From contig CAWBME010000005.1 in NCBI GenBank assembly GCA_963789825.1, positions 257,239 to 321,238 of the forward strand: a stretch of 64,000 bases of DNA, read 5' to 3'. This stretch comes from an uncultured Chloroflexia bacterium (lineage in GTDB: Bacteria; Chloroflexota; Anaerolineae; Anaerolineales; E44-bin32). A program made the translations under genes and the position numbers. This document shows, in pieces, positions 1 to 13,738 of the stretch (position 1 is its first letter; each line of letters begins with the position of its first letter). The notes below the pieces were generated by a model. It did no database searches and was not told the DNA's origin. It saw only the letters and a list, made by a program, of their open reading frames with translations.

Positions 1-1972
1 AAGTAGAAGCCGGTCCGGCCGTCCGGGTAGGGCAGCGTGCGCTCGACCTGCACGCCGGTGATCTTGGGGTTCTGCAGAATGGCTGCGTACTCCTCCGGCG
101 TGAGCACGAAGAGCAGCTCCCGGGTCAGTTCCCCAAAGTCTGCTAAGAAGCCGTCGGCATTGGAGACTTCGATCGGAGCTTCGTCGGAGATGAAGAAGCG
201 CTTGACGACATCGATCCCGTTGCCCCAGGTCGGCGAGACCAGCACGCGCTGATCGGGATTCGCCGCCACCACTTCGCTCACGGCGCCAAAGACCTGGGAG
301 GCGCCGTACTGCATCTCCATGCCGTACTCGCGATTCCACGTGGGCCCGTTCGCCAGCGCGTCCCGCAGCATGGCGAGGTTCACGCCGGCCAGGGCGACGA
401 ATACGATTGCCGCTACGGCCGGCGCGCTGCGTGGCGCCCGGCGGACCAGCCACTCCAGCGGCAGATCTACCCCAATGGTCACCAGCATCGTCGCCGGGAC
501 GACGAACGACAGCAGGCGAGTGATGCCTGCCCCGGCCACGGCGCCGGCGAGCGGGACGGCCAGCAGGCAGGCCAGCACGGCGCGATAGGCGGGATCGCGC
601 CAGCGCCGAACGGCCGCGACCAACCCGATCAGAGCCAAGGGCGCCATCCAGCGCGCCATGTGGCCGTAGCCCAACATCGTGTGCCGTGGCAGGTCATGCG
701 CCTGCGGCCAGAACCAATAGGCCGGGCTGATGCCGCGGCCGTAGGCCTGGAGCGAGAACAGGATCTTCCCAGCCAACGGCCCACCCTCCGCCCAGGGGCT
801 GGCCAGGATGCGCAGGATCTCCGGCTGCGCCTCCGGCATCTGCAGGTAGAAGCGCAGGTAGGGAAGCGCCAGAAGGGCCAGAACGAGCACCCCGCGCAGC
901 ACCACCGTGCGCTGGCGGCGATGGTAGGAGAAATCGGACACCACCAGCAGCGCCGCCGTCGCCGGGAGGATGATCTGCCCTGGGCTGTAGGTGTAGAAGG
1001 CCATCGCTCCGAACACCATCGCCAGGTACAGGCTCTTGGGTGACCGCAGCCGGTAGCGCAAGTAGAAATACAGGAAGCAGGCATAGAACGAGACCATCAG
1101 CGTGGTCTCGAAGGCAGTACGCGAGTGCAGGAACCAAGCTGGCACTGCCGAGAACAGGAGCACACCGACCCACCACAGGCGCAGGCGGAAGAAGTCGCGC
1201 AACGCGAAACCCGATAGCGAGCGCCCCGGGAAGGGTGAGCAGGGCAGCGGTGGCCCGCGTCGACGAAGACCGACTTGCCAAACAGCAAATACGGAATGAC
1301 CTGGGCGTAGACCGACAGGCTGAGGTTGAAACGATAGACATTCTGGAAATAGGTCGGGAAGTAGTTGCCGAGGAAGTCGCGAAAACCATCACGCACGAAG
1401 TCCGCCGCCAGCACGGTCTGCACGGCTTCGTCGGTGAAGAAGTAGATCGGGAAGTCGGCTAGGCGGATCAGGCGCAGAGCAAGATAGACCGCCAGCGACA
1501 GCCCGAACAGGACAAGGTCGAAGGCGGGACGCGTGGCAAGAGGACTGCGACCGCCAGTGAGCGGCGCCGACCAGGCGGCGATCTGGGAGCGCAGGCCTGC
1601 CCGCCGAGGGCGCTGCGGTGGCTCCGGCGCTGCAGCCGGGAGCATCTCCAGCTGAGGCTGTGCTGCCACGGAGGGGACTTCGTCCATCGAGGGTGGCGCC
1701 TTCGGGGTGGGCGCCTCGCCCACGGCGTGCTGGAAGATCACTCGCGGCCACTCGCCGGGTTGGGCGGCTTCGACCGTCAGCCGAACCCGGGTGCCGGGGG
1801 GAACCGTCACGCCCAGGGCAACCGACTCCGTGCCCGGAGGTGCGTCCTTCGACGGCTGCTGTTCGAAGGTCAGCTGAGGGCCAGCATCGGGGAGGGTGGG
1901 CTCGCGCCGCCCAGGCTTGCCCCGGCTGGCCTTTCGCCGGCCCTTGGCTCGCTGCCCTTCTCTCGAAGTCAT
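1..1972 (-). CDS. GT-C fold membrane glycosyltransferase, family 39 / ArnT-PMT-like (paralog 1); C-terminus lies beyond window start; two apparent frameshifts near 1200-1260
   Basis: ORF 1097..1972 gives ...FPIYFFTDEAVQTVLAADFVRDGFRDFLGNYFPTYFQNVYRFNLSLSVYAQVIPYLLFGKSVFV. The continuation TRATAALLTLPGALAIGF, then ALRDFFRLRLWWVGVLLFSAVPAWFLHSRTAFETTLMVSFYACFLYFYLRY..., lies in the other two minus frames. The last frame stays open to position 1 (manual translation). Multi-TM pattern typical of ArnT/PMT enzymes. Confidence 0.6.
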
Positions 1973-2017
1973 ACGCGGATCAACACCCTCCGGACCCCGA
2001 CCGCCATCGGCTTGCGA

Positions 2018-2563
2018 CTACTGCAGCGCTTGGCGCACTTCTTGGGTCAGTTCCTCGATGGGCACGTACATCACGCCCCGATTCTCAGCTGCCCCGTAGT
2101 CCTGCAGCCACACCAGCCGGCCGTCTTCATCGACCAGGGCGAAAGTATGTCCGGGCTCGCCCGATGCGACTGCCCACTGCAGAACGCCATAGGCTTCGGA
2201 CACCGAGTGGTCGGCATCACTCAGCATCGGTACGGAGGTGATGCCCAGGGCCTGCGCCTCCGGCGCCATTTCCTCGACGGAGTCGAAGGCGATGCTCAGC
2301 ACCGGGACTCCGAGGGACTGAAACTCAGGATCGTTTTGCAGGTCGACGACCTGCTGCATGCAAGGCGGTCAACCGACCGCCATGTGGAAGAAGAGCAGCA
2401 CCGGGCTGACGCCGGTGAAGTCGGATAGAGCGACCTGGGCGCCGCCGACCGCCGGCAGCGAGAACCCAGGCGCCTCATCGCCGACCTGCAGTCCGGCCGC
2501 AGGAGCGGACCGGCACCCGGCCAGGGCGAGCGCAGCGAAGAAGGCGAGTACCGTTGCACGCAT
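2018..2563 (-). CDS. Exported lipoprotein, thioredoxin-fold redoxin/peroxiredoxin-like; probable selenoprotein with U-P-P-C redox motif (TGA at 2369-2371 read as Sec)
   Basis: ORFs 2369..2563 and 2018..2359 share one frame and are split only by TGA. The joined sequence is MRATVLAFFAALALAGC...VSPVLLFFHMAVG-U-PPCMQQVVDLQNDPEF...GHTFALVDEDGRLVW. It has a lipobox (LALAGC) and a redoxin-like core, and the stop codon sits at the CxxC first-Cys position. Confidence 0.7.
2338..2354 (-). promoter_or_regulatory. Candidate SECIS hairpin 14 nt 3' of the in-frame UGA
   Basis: The minus-strand RNA GCAGGUC-GUC-GACCUGC forms a perfect 7-bp stem with a G/U-containing loop. Its position relative to the UGA is compatible with bacterial SECIS elements. 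Confidence 0.4.
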
Positions 2564-2635
2564 GGCTTCTCCTCAGGGGGCTGGCCCGGCTGTGCCGGCA
2601 TCGTTCCGATCTGGCCCGCCCTCACCGCCGACATT

Positions 2636-4610
2636 CTACTCGGACACCACCCAGGCCAGGATGGGCGGATTGCCGGGCATCTCCTCGAGGGCGATTTCTG
2701 CCCCGGTAGGATATGCTGCGCGGATCCGTGGGAGGATGTCCTGCTTCTCCAGAAGGAAGACGAAAGCATAGGGTGCAGATCCTGCCGGGCAATCCTGGCT
2801 GAGGGGCCAGGCGCCGTCACAGACGGGACGGCCCTGGATCAGGTAGTTCAGACTGGGGAAATTGGCGAAGCTCAGGCGCGGCTCGCCGAAGAGCACAACG
2901 CCGGTTTCCGGTGGAAGCTCGGCGGCAAACTCACCAACCACCCGGGCGGCGTAGGTAGCACTGTCGCCGTAGGCCCCGGCTGGGATGGCCTCGACGAAGA
3001 AGAAATGGGCTTCCCGCACAGCTACCAGCGTCACTGCCTGCAATCGTGCAGATGGCGACCAAACGCCGCAGCGCAGGGGAGGGAATTCCTCTGGCTTGCT
3101 CAACGATCCAGGCCGGGGCGCATGCGGCGATCATCGCTAGCACCGGCAAGATGCCCTGCATGCGGTGCCCGTTGGGAGCCTCCACGCTAAGGGTCCCGAC
3201 GAGGATCGCGCCCGTGAGCGCGCTGAGCAAGATCAACGAGCGCGGGTCGCGGAGGTTGCGCAGCAGGAGCAAACTGCCCAGGCAGAAGAGCACGGCGCTG
3301 AGTGGGAAGAGCATCGGCTGCGTCGGGTGATAGATGCCGCGAATCGGGACCGCCACCAGCCCGAGCACAGAGGTCCAGAACTGCGTCGGCAGCTCGCCCT
3401 GCGAGAACACGCGTGGGCCGTCTCCACCGGACAGCAGGCCTGAGATGTCGGCGACGGCCACGCCGCTCAAGGGGGCGGTGAACTCGTTGGGATGCGCCAC
3501 GAAGAAGAGCGTCAGCGGCAGGACCGTAACCAGACTCACCAGGACCAGGCTGAGCACTCCCTGCACCCGGTCTCGGGCGGGCCAGGTCATCGCAAGGATC
3601 ACCAGCCATAGCGGCACAGCCAGCACCAGCAGCCGGCCCGTTGGATAGAACAACTGCCCAAGCCCGATGGCGAGGCCGGAGAGAAGGAAGGCCCAGCGGG
3701 CGTTGGTCGTCCAGGCGACCCAGAGCGCCCCGATCACCAGCGCCAGGAAGAAACCGTCCCAGACGTTGTTGACCGCGATCCGGCTGAACATCAGGTGGAC
3801 GTGGGAGCCGGCCACGAGCAGCGCCGCGAAAGCCCCGTGAGCCCGGCCGTATAGACGCGAGCCCGTCCAGAAGGTAGCCAGCACGGCCAAGACCCCACCG
3901 ACGGCAGAGGGCAAGCGGGCAGCGAGCAGCGTCGGCCCCAGCCATCGCTGGGACAGGCTGACCAGCCAGAAGTAGAAGGAAGGGAAGGAGTGCCACGCCG
4001 TGCCGAACAGATTGGAGCGCGTTGCGCGGAGGAACTCCAGCCCGGTGATGGCTCCCGAGCCCTCGTCGCCGTTGACAGCGAAGGGGATGGTGTCCATCCG
4101 GTACAGACGCAGCGCCAGGGCGAGCAACCCGAGGCCGATCGCCAACGCCAGCGGGACGAAGGACTTGCGGTCAAGGTGCGGGCGCTCGCCTCGGTTCCAC
4201 AGGCCGGCCGCAGTGAGCACGATCCCACCGGCCCACAACCATCCGTGCATCGTCGAACGCGCCATGGCTTCATCGCCGGTCGCAGAGGCGGCGCCGAGCG
4301 CCAACAGCAGCCCATTGAACAGCAGCACGACCTGCGGTGGCGAGACGCCCAGCCAGCGCCCTAGGCGCTCCACCCCGGCCCATAGTGGCCGGAACCAGCG
4401 CCCGTCGTCGACCTCGAGCCCCAGGAAGAACAGCGTCAGCCCGGCGCCCAGAATCAGGGCGTTGATCAGGACTGACTGCGTTCCCCACAACAGCGCCAGG
4501 CCGACTGCTGCGAGGGCGAAACCGTCGAGCAGACAGATCGTCTGCTCATTGGCAAGCTTGCGCGATGGGGGAGTCTCCGAGTCAGCGGTTTGGAGGCTCA
4601 GCACGGCCAA
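2636..4610 (-). CDS. GT-C fold membrane glycosyltransferase, family 39-like (paralog 2); apparent frameshift near 3100
   Basis: The 559-aa ORF 2931..4610 is multi-TM (…RLYRMDTIPFAVNGDEGSGAITGLEF…HSFPSFYFWLVSLSQRWLGPTLLAARLPSAVGGVLAVLATFW…). The soluble C-terminal domain continues in ORF 2636..3103 in another frame. Confidence 0.65.
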
Positions 4611-4763
4611 GGCTCCTCAAGCGCATTCTAGGGCTGCGGTCTGGCGGTTGGGGTAAGCCATAGGTACTGCGCAGCCGGTCTTCGCCAAGCGTATGGCCCA
4701 GCTCTTCCAGGCGTCGCGGCGCAAGGAGCAAGACCCATGCCGGCGGGGGCGCCTGCTGGCGCC

Positions 4764-5951
<1,188 letters not shown>

Positions 5952-6063
5952 GGCTTCCTCCTTCAGCGTGGAGTCAGTCTAGAGTATAGTGCAGGAGCAT
6001 TTCCGCTGCCCGCGGCGTCGCGGTAGAATCCTCCTCCAGTCCCCTGAAAATCGCGAGGCGTGC

Positions 6064-6384
6064 ATGGCCGAGGCAATCAGCCCGGAGATCTTCCAGCACT
6101 TGGTCGGCCTGGCGGCGCTCGAGCTGGACGCCGGGGAGGCGGAGTACCTGCGCCGCGAACTGAACAGCCAGCTCAAGGCGATCCGCGAGCTGGAAGCCAT
6201 TGACCTGGACCCGGCGACGCCGATTGCCTCCCACGGAGTTCCCTACACGCCGGGGACCAGCCAGCCGCCGCGCGAAGATCGCGCGCAGCCCTCCGGGCTT
6301 GCCGACGACATCCTGGCTCAGGTGCCCGAAACCGAAGGCCGCTACATCGTAGTCCCCGATATCCCGCACACGGAGCTGGAATGA
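6064..6384 (+). CDS. gatC: Asp/Glu-tRNA amidotransferase subunit C
   Basis: MAEAISPEIFQHLVGLAALELDAGEAEYLRRELNSQLKAIRELEAIDL... is GatC-like. Its stop overlaps the gatA start (ATGA at 6381-6384). I chose the internal ATG at 6064 within ORF 5989..6384. Confidence 0.85.
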   Translation: MAEAISPEIFQHLVGLAALELDAGEAEYLRRELNSQLKAIRELEAIDLDPATPIASHGVPYTPGTSQPPREDRAQPSGLADDILAQVPETEGRYIVVPDIPHTELE

Positions 6385-7973
6385 ACCGCGCGCTGTGCGA
6401 TCTGTCTGCCGTCGAGATTGCCGAACGCGTGCGACAGGGCGACTTGCGGGCGGTGGATGTGCTCGACTCGGCGCTCGAACGGATTCGCCAGGTCGACGGA
6501 CGGCCGGGTACGACGACGGCAGGGCAGGCCCTTGCCGACGACGAGATCACGGTGCATGCCTTCATCACGCTGACCGCCGACCGGGCGCGCCGGCAGGCCG
6601 AGACGATCGACCGCCAGGTAGCGGCCGGCGCTGACCCGGGGCCTCTGGCCGGGGTCCCCCTGGCGGTCAAGGACATCTTCTGTGTGCGCGGCACGCCGTC
6701 GACCGCAGGCTCCCGCATCCTCGAGCCCTTTGTCTCCCCCTACACCGCCACGCCCGTCGAGCGGCTGGAGGCGGCCGGAGCGGTGACCCTCGGCAAGGTC
6801 AACCTGGACGAGTTCACCTTCGGCTCGTCGAACGAGTCCACGGCGTTCCAGCCGGCGCCGCGCAACCCGTGGGACCCGGCCTGCGTCCCGGGGGGGTCGT
6901 CTGGCGGCAGCGCGGCGGCCGTCGCCGCCGGGGAAGCAGTGCTCTCGCTCGGGACCGATACGGCAGGCTCCGTCCGCCAGCCGGCCGCGTTCTGCGGCGT
7001 GGTCGGTCTCAAGCCTACCTACGGCCGGATCTCGCGCTATGGGTTGATCGCCTTCGCCTCCTCGCTGGATTGCCCGGGGCCGGTCGCCCGAAGCGTCGCC
7101 GATGCCGCCCGCATGCTCCAGGTGTGCGCCGGCGCCGACCCGCGCGATGCCACCTCCGCCAGCGTTCCGGTACCCGACTACTCGACGGAGCTGGCCCGTG
7201 ACGTGCGCGGGCTGCGGATCGGCTTGTCGCCGGACTACTCGCGCTTGAGGTACCCCGACCCTGCTACCGGGGAACTGGCCGAGCAGGCCATCCACCCCGA
7301 GATCGAGGCCGCCGTGCGGCGGGCGGCCGACATCTTGGCGCGTCAGGGTGCCGAGATCGTCGAGGGCGTGCCCATGCCCAACACGCACTTTGGCATCCCG
7401 GCCTACTTCGTCATCTCGCGCGTCGAGGCCGCCTCCAACCTGCACCGCTACGACGGGGTGAAGTACGGCCGGCGCGCCTTGGGAGACCTGCCGGACGTCC
7501 AGACGCTCTACCGCCGCTCGCGCGGCGGCGCGTTCGGTCTGCAGCCCAAGCTGCGTATCCTGATGGGGATGTACGTCTCGGCCGAGCAATACGAGAAGGA
7601 CTACTACCAACGTGCGCTTCAGGTGCGCACCATGATCCGGCGCGACTTCGAGCAGGTGTTCAACCCGACGGGCGACTTTCGGCTCGACTGCCTGCTGACC
7701 GCCACCACACCGACGACAGCCTTCGAGATGAATGCCGTTTACGGCGACTCGGTGCTGATGCAGTATGCCGACCTACTGACCGTGGCTGCCGATCACGCGG
7801 GTATCCCTGGCATTTCGGTGCCGGCAGGGCTGGATGCGCGGCGGCGGCCGATCGGGATCCAGCTGCTCGGGGCGGATTTCTCGGAAGGGATGCTGCTGCG
7901 CGTGGCACATGCCTTCGAGCAGGCCACAGCCGATCAGGCATGGCGCACCGAGCGCCCCATGGTGCTCCTGTGA
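6381..7973 (+). CDS. gatA: Asp/Glu-tRNA amidotransferase subunit A (amidase signature family)
   Basis: 530-aa ORF with the amidase signature ...GGSSGGSAAAVAAGEAVLSLGTDTAGSVRQPAAFCGVVGLKPTYGRISRYG.... Confidence 0.93.
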   Translation: MNRALCDLSAVEIAERVRQGDLRAVDVLDSALERIRQVDGRPGTTTAGQALADDEITVHAFITLTADRARRQAETIDRQVAAGADPGPLAGVPLAVKDIFCVRGTPSTAGSRILEPFVSPYTATPVERLEAAGAVTLGKVNLDEFTFGSSNESTAFQPAPRNPWDPACVPGGSSGGSAAAVAAGEAVLSLGTDTAGSVRQPAAFCGVVGLKPTYGRISRYGLIAFASSLDCPGPVARSVADAARMLQVCAGADPRDATSASVPVPDYSTELARDVRGLRIGLSPDYSRLRYPDPATGELAEQAIHPEIEAAVRRAADILARQGAEIVEGVPMPNTHFGIPAYFVISRVEAASNLHRYDGVKYGRRALGDLPDVQTLYRRSRGGAFGLQPKLRILMGMYVSAEQYEKDYYQRALQVRTMIRRDFEQVFNPTGDFRLDCLLTATTPTTAFEMNAVYGDSVLMQYADLLTVAADHAGIPGISVPAGLDARRRPIGIQLLGADFSEGMLLRVAHAFEQATADQAWRTERPMVLL

Positions 7974-8090
7974 GGGAAGGCGCCCTCGAATTGCCAGCGA
8001 TCGCCTCCCGATTCTCCGGACTTGTGGCAGGGCGGCGATCGGCCTTCCTGACACTCACCTTCAACCTTCCTCGGCGCACGCATTGAATCG

Positions 8091-10096
8091 ATGACGAACT
8101 CGGCGGACTTGCGAGCGGCACGGGCATCGGCGCCACGCAATCCCGACTGGGGAAGGGGAGACTATGGCGTCCTCGTCGGACTGTGCCTCCTCGGGTTAGC
8201 CCTGATCCTATCCGTCGGAAGGGACTACGGCATCTCCTGGGATGAGCCCAACCTCTCAGCGGTTGGTCGGAGCACGTTGAACGCCTATCGAACGCTGGAG
8301 CGGCCGACCGAGTCCTACGCCGTACAACATGGACCGTTCTACTTCGCGGTGGCGGAGCTTGTGGCGGGCGTACTGAGTGGCGCGGAATTGGGGTTCTCCG
8401 CCAGTGACGGCCACCATCTGGCCTACGCCCTTTGCTTCCTGCTGACCGCGATCTCGGTCTACAGCATCGCTCGAGGCTTCGTCGGACGCCTTGCGGCCAT
8501 GCTGGGAACGTTGATGCTTGTCACGCAGCCGTTGCTCTTTGGACATGCCTTCATCAACCCCAAGGACATCCCGTTCATGGGGTTCTTCTCGGCCGCCATG
8601 GCCCTAGGGATGGTCTTGTATCGCAGCACGCCGGCTGAGCCGTTCAATTCGAAGGACTTCCATCAGGCTGAGCGACGCCGATTGGAGCGCGGCACGATCG
8701 GCGGCGCGGAATCGGTGGCTGGCCGCATCACGCTTGACAAGGCTCGTTGCTATCCTTGGCGCAGCTGTCGCGGCCGTCGTTCTCGTTGACCTCATCTTCG
8801 TCCACCGCCTGGTCTTGCCAGGCATCACGCCCCTGGTCGTCCGGCTGTACGAGGGCCGAGGTGGTGCACCGTTCCAAGCCCTCTTTGACCGGCTGGCGGA
8901 GAACAGGGGTGACGTGCCCGTCGAAGCCTACATTGCCAAGGCGGTGGCTGCTCTCAACAGGCTGACCATCAGTGGGATCGCGCTGCTGCTGCTTGCCGCG
9001 TTGACCACGGCAGCCGCGCTGCTGGCATCCCCCCTCCGCCAGGCTGGGCAGAGGCTTCCTGGCGCTGCTTGTCTTGGCAGGCATCATGCTCGGCCTGACG
9101 ACAGCGATCCGGATCCTCGGGCCTCTCGCCGGGCTGCTGATAAGCGGCTTGCTCGTCAGCCGCCTTCGCCTATGGGCGTTGCCAGCTCTGCTGGTCTACT
9201 GGCTCGTGGCCTCCGTTGTGTGCTACCTGGCTTGGCCGTACCTGTGGGGACACCCGATCGCTGGTCTGCTCGACAGCCTGAGAGTCATGTCTCAGTTCCC
9301 TTGGAATGACCCCGTGTTGTTCGGCGGCCGATTCATCCTGGCCAAGGACGTGCCTTGGTTCTATGCACCTGTGTTGTTCGGCCTTCAACTGACACTCCCC
9401 GCGCTTGTGCTCGGATTGCTGGGCGGGGTCCTTGGCGCGGCGGAATCGCACCACAGACACAGCACCGGCGCCATCCTGGTTCTTTGGAGCTGGCTCATAC
9501 TGCCTCCCCTGCTGGTGATTGGGATGCAATCGACAGTGTATGACAACGCCCGGCACCTGCTCTTCGCCCTTCCTCCACTATTCGTCATGGGTGGACTCGC
9601 CTTCGAATGGATGTTCCGGCGCATACACCTGCCGGCTGTCCGAGGGCTGATTGGGTTGGTGGCGTGCCTCCCCGGTCTCCTTGCCATTGTCCAGTTGCAT
9701 CCCTATGAGTACATCTACTACAACGAAATCGTAGGTGGAGTAGGGGGTGCCGCCCGAAGATATGAGCTCGACTACTGGGGCACCGGGTTTCGCCAGGCCA
9801 TGGAAGAACTAAATCGGATTGCACCGGAAGGCGCCTCAGTTGCTGTGTCCGGACCTCTGACATCGGCCTGGCCCTTCGCCCGAGAGGATATGGTTCTGTG
9901 GAAGAACCCTCGAGCGGCAGGGACGGAACGGCCGGACTTCCAGATCGCCACCTCCAGGTGGAACTGGGATCTGGATCCGACGCAGTGGCACCGGCTGGCC
10001 CATGCCGATTGGTGGCCCGAAGCCCGGGTGGTCTGGGCCCTCGAACGCGATGGGGCTCCCCTGGTGGTCATCAAGGAGTTGAAGCGTGGGGACTGA
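8091..10096 (+). CDS. GT-C fold membrane glycosyltransferase (paralog 3); two apparent frameshifts near 8735 and 9070
   Basis: Three consecutive ORFs (8091..8789, 8734..9309, 9074..10096) align collinearly with the intact neighbour 10588..12153. Shared blocks are YGISWDEP, LLFGHAFINPKDIPF, VYDNARHLLFALPP, QLHPYEYIYYNE and ELDYWGT. Confidence 0.7.
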
Positions 10097-10213
10097 CCCC
10101 GGGCAGCCTGTGACTCAGTCTCACGCTGGGCAGCGCCAAGTTGTTGAGCCGGACCGCAGACGAGCCCCAGCCACAGGACTCTCGGTGGGGTCCTGCCGAA
10201 GCGTGGTGGGCGC

Positions 10214-12153
10214 GTGCTGACCCGATCGCGCTGGGGTCGCTCCGATACGCTGCTGGTGGTCGCCATTGTGGTGGGTGGACTGCTGCTTGCGCTTACGCTG
10301 GGGAACGACTACGGGTTGTCCTGGGACGAGCCCCTCATTGCCACCTACGTCGGACGGCTGCTGCGAGCCTACGCCAGCCTGGAGTCGAAGGATAGCGTCT
10401 TCGTCGACTTGCACTACTACGGCCCGCTGTTCTTCCTGATCGCCGATGGGATCGGTCGAGGCCTGCGGGAGATTCTCACAGGCTGGTCCCTGGCAGACGG
10501 ACGCCACGCCGCCTACTTCCTGAGCTATGTGATGGCCACGCTGTCGGTCTTTGTCATCGCGCGGGGGTAACCGGACGCTGGCCGGCGTTGATCGGCGCCT
10601 TGCTGATGGCGACACAACCCCTGCTCTTCGGACACGCCTTCATCAATCCTAAGGACATCCCCTTCCTCGGATTTTTCGCTGCAGTGGTCGCCTCCGGCAT
10701 GCTGGCGGTACAAGCGATCCCCGCGGAGGCGGGCGTGGCAGGGGGACGGCCGAGTGCTGCCTCGGCGGAGTCTGCTGACTTCCTGATGCGGCTGCGGGCC
10801 GTCTGGAAGCGCATGGCTTGGCCGTTGAGGATTCTGCTCGGCTTGATCCTGGTGCTTGGCCTGGTCTTGCTGGTGGATGCGTTGTTCTTGGCGCGAATCA
10901 CCCTGCCCTTGTTCTTGTCGTTGACCCGGGCAGCCGTGGCCGGCGAGGCGCCTGGCTTGGTCCAGGGGATGTTCGACCGCATGACGGAGGCGGGCCGTGC
11001 GATTTCCATGGAGGATTACCTTCACAAGGTCACCGGGCTGCACCGGAGAATCGGAATCTTCGCAGGCGCACTGTTGCTGGTCTTGTCGCTATCGCTCGTG
11101 ACGTCCGCGGTGCTATCGAGAAACAAGCCGTTGGGAAGGGCGTTCGCCTGGTGGTGGCTGGTCTCGGCGGTCCTGGTGGGCGCGGCCACCGCCATTCGGG
11201 TCTTGGGCCCAATGGCCGGGGTCCTGGTCTGCACGCTGTTGGTTGTCCGCCTGGGCCGGAGGTCAATTCCGCTGGTCGGGTTGTACTGGCTTCTGGGGGC
11301 AGCCGTTGTCTACGCTGCCTGGCCCTACCTGTGGGGCCAGCCGATCGCGGCCTTTCTTGAAGCCTTCAGCCGAGCGGCCGAATCTCCGTGGGATGCCAAG
11401 GTCCTGTTCATGGGGCAGCTGACACGCGTCATCGATCTGCCGCGGTACTACGCGCCAGCAATTCTCTCACTCCAGCTCACATTGCCGGCTTTGGTCCTGG
11501 CGCCGTTGGGCGCCGTGCTCAGCGTTGTCATGGGCAGAAGGACAGGGAATCTGCCGTGGGCGCTTGTGCTGTGGGCGTGGTGGTTGGTTCCATTCGTACC
11601 GAGCGTGGCGCTGGGCTCGATTGTCTATGACAATGCCCGTCAGCTCTTGTTCGCCCTGCCACCCATGTTCGCCTTGAGCAGCTGGGCCATCGCGGTGCTG
11701 CTGCGCGCCGTTCGCTTCCGGCTAGCGCGCCTCGCTCTGTCTCTGCTTATTCTTCTTCCTGGCCTACTGGCGATCCGCCAGCTCCATCCCTACGAGTACC
11801 TCTACTACAACGAGCTTGCCGGAGGTGTGAGTGGCGCCCACCGGCGGTTCGAGATGGACTACTGGGTCACCGGGTTGCGCGAGGCCATGGAGTACGTCAA
11901 TGAGATCGCGCCCCCAAGTGCGACCGTGGCGGTCGCCGGTTCGCGTGCGGTCGCGGCCTACCACGCCCGAGAGGATCTGGATGTGTGGCCGCAGGATGAC
12001 CTGGGAGAGCCCGGGCGTCGACCGGATTTCTTGATCGCGACCACCCGTTGGGACTCGGATCTGAATGCCTGGCCGGAAGCTCCCATCGTCTGGAGGCTGG
12101 AGCGCGACGGTGCGTTGCTGGCGGTGGTCAAGGATCTGCGGGGCGGCGGGTGA
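10214..12153 (+). CDS. GT-C fold membrane glycosyltransferase (paralog 4, tandem duplicate of paralog 3); one apparent frameshift near 10565
   Basis: ORF 10214..10570 ends ...VFVIARG. The +2 frame continues VTGRWPALIGALLMATQPLLFGHAFINPKDIPF, matching paralog 3. The shift lies in a GGGGG run. Confidence 0.7.
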
Positions 12154-12277
12154 ACGCGTTCGGTAGTCGCGGCCTGGATCGATATCGGACTTCAGTGGAC
12201 GACGACGGGTGCGCGCACCCAGGAGTTGGACGACCTCCCGCGCCCGCCGATCGATGCTGCAGGAGGGACGGACGCTG

Positions 12278-13727
<1,450 letters not shown>

Positions 13728-13738
13728 GCCCGCGCCGC

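Noticed and set aside
2369-2371. Alternative genetic code (TGA = Trp or Gly) as the explanation for the in-frame TGAs
   Set aside because: TGA clearly terminates many well-defined genes in this window (gatC, both cytochrome genes, hydrolase B and others). The two recoded TGAs both coincide with a redox Cys position, which fits Sec rather than a global reassignment.
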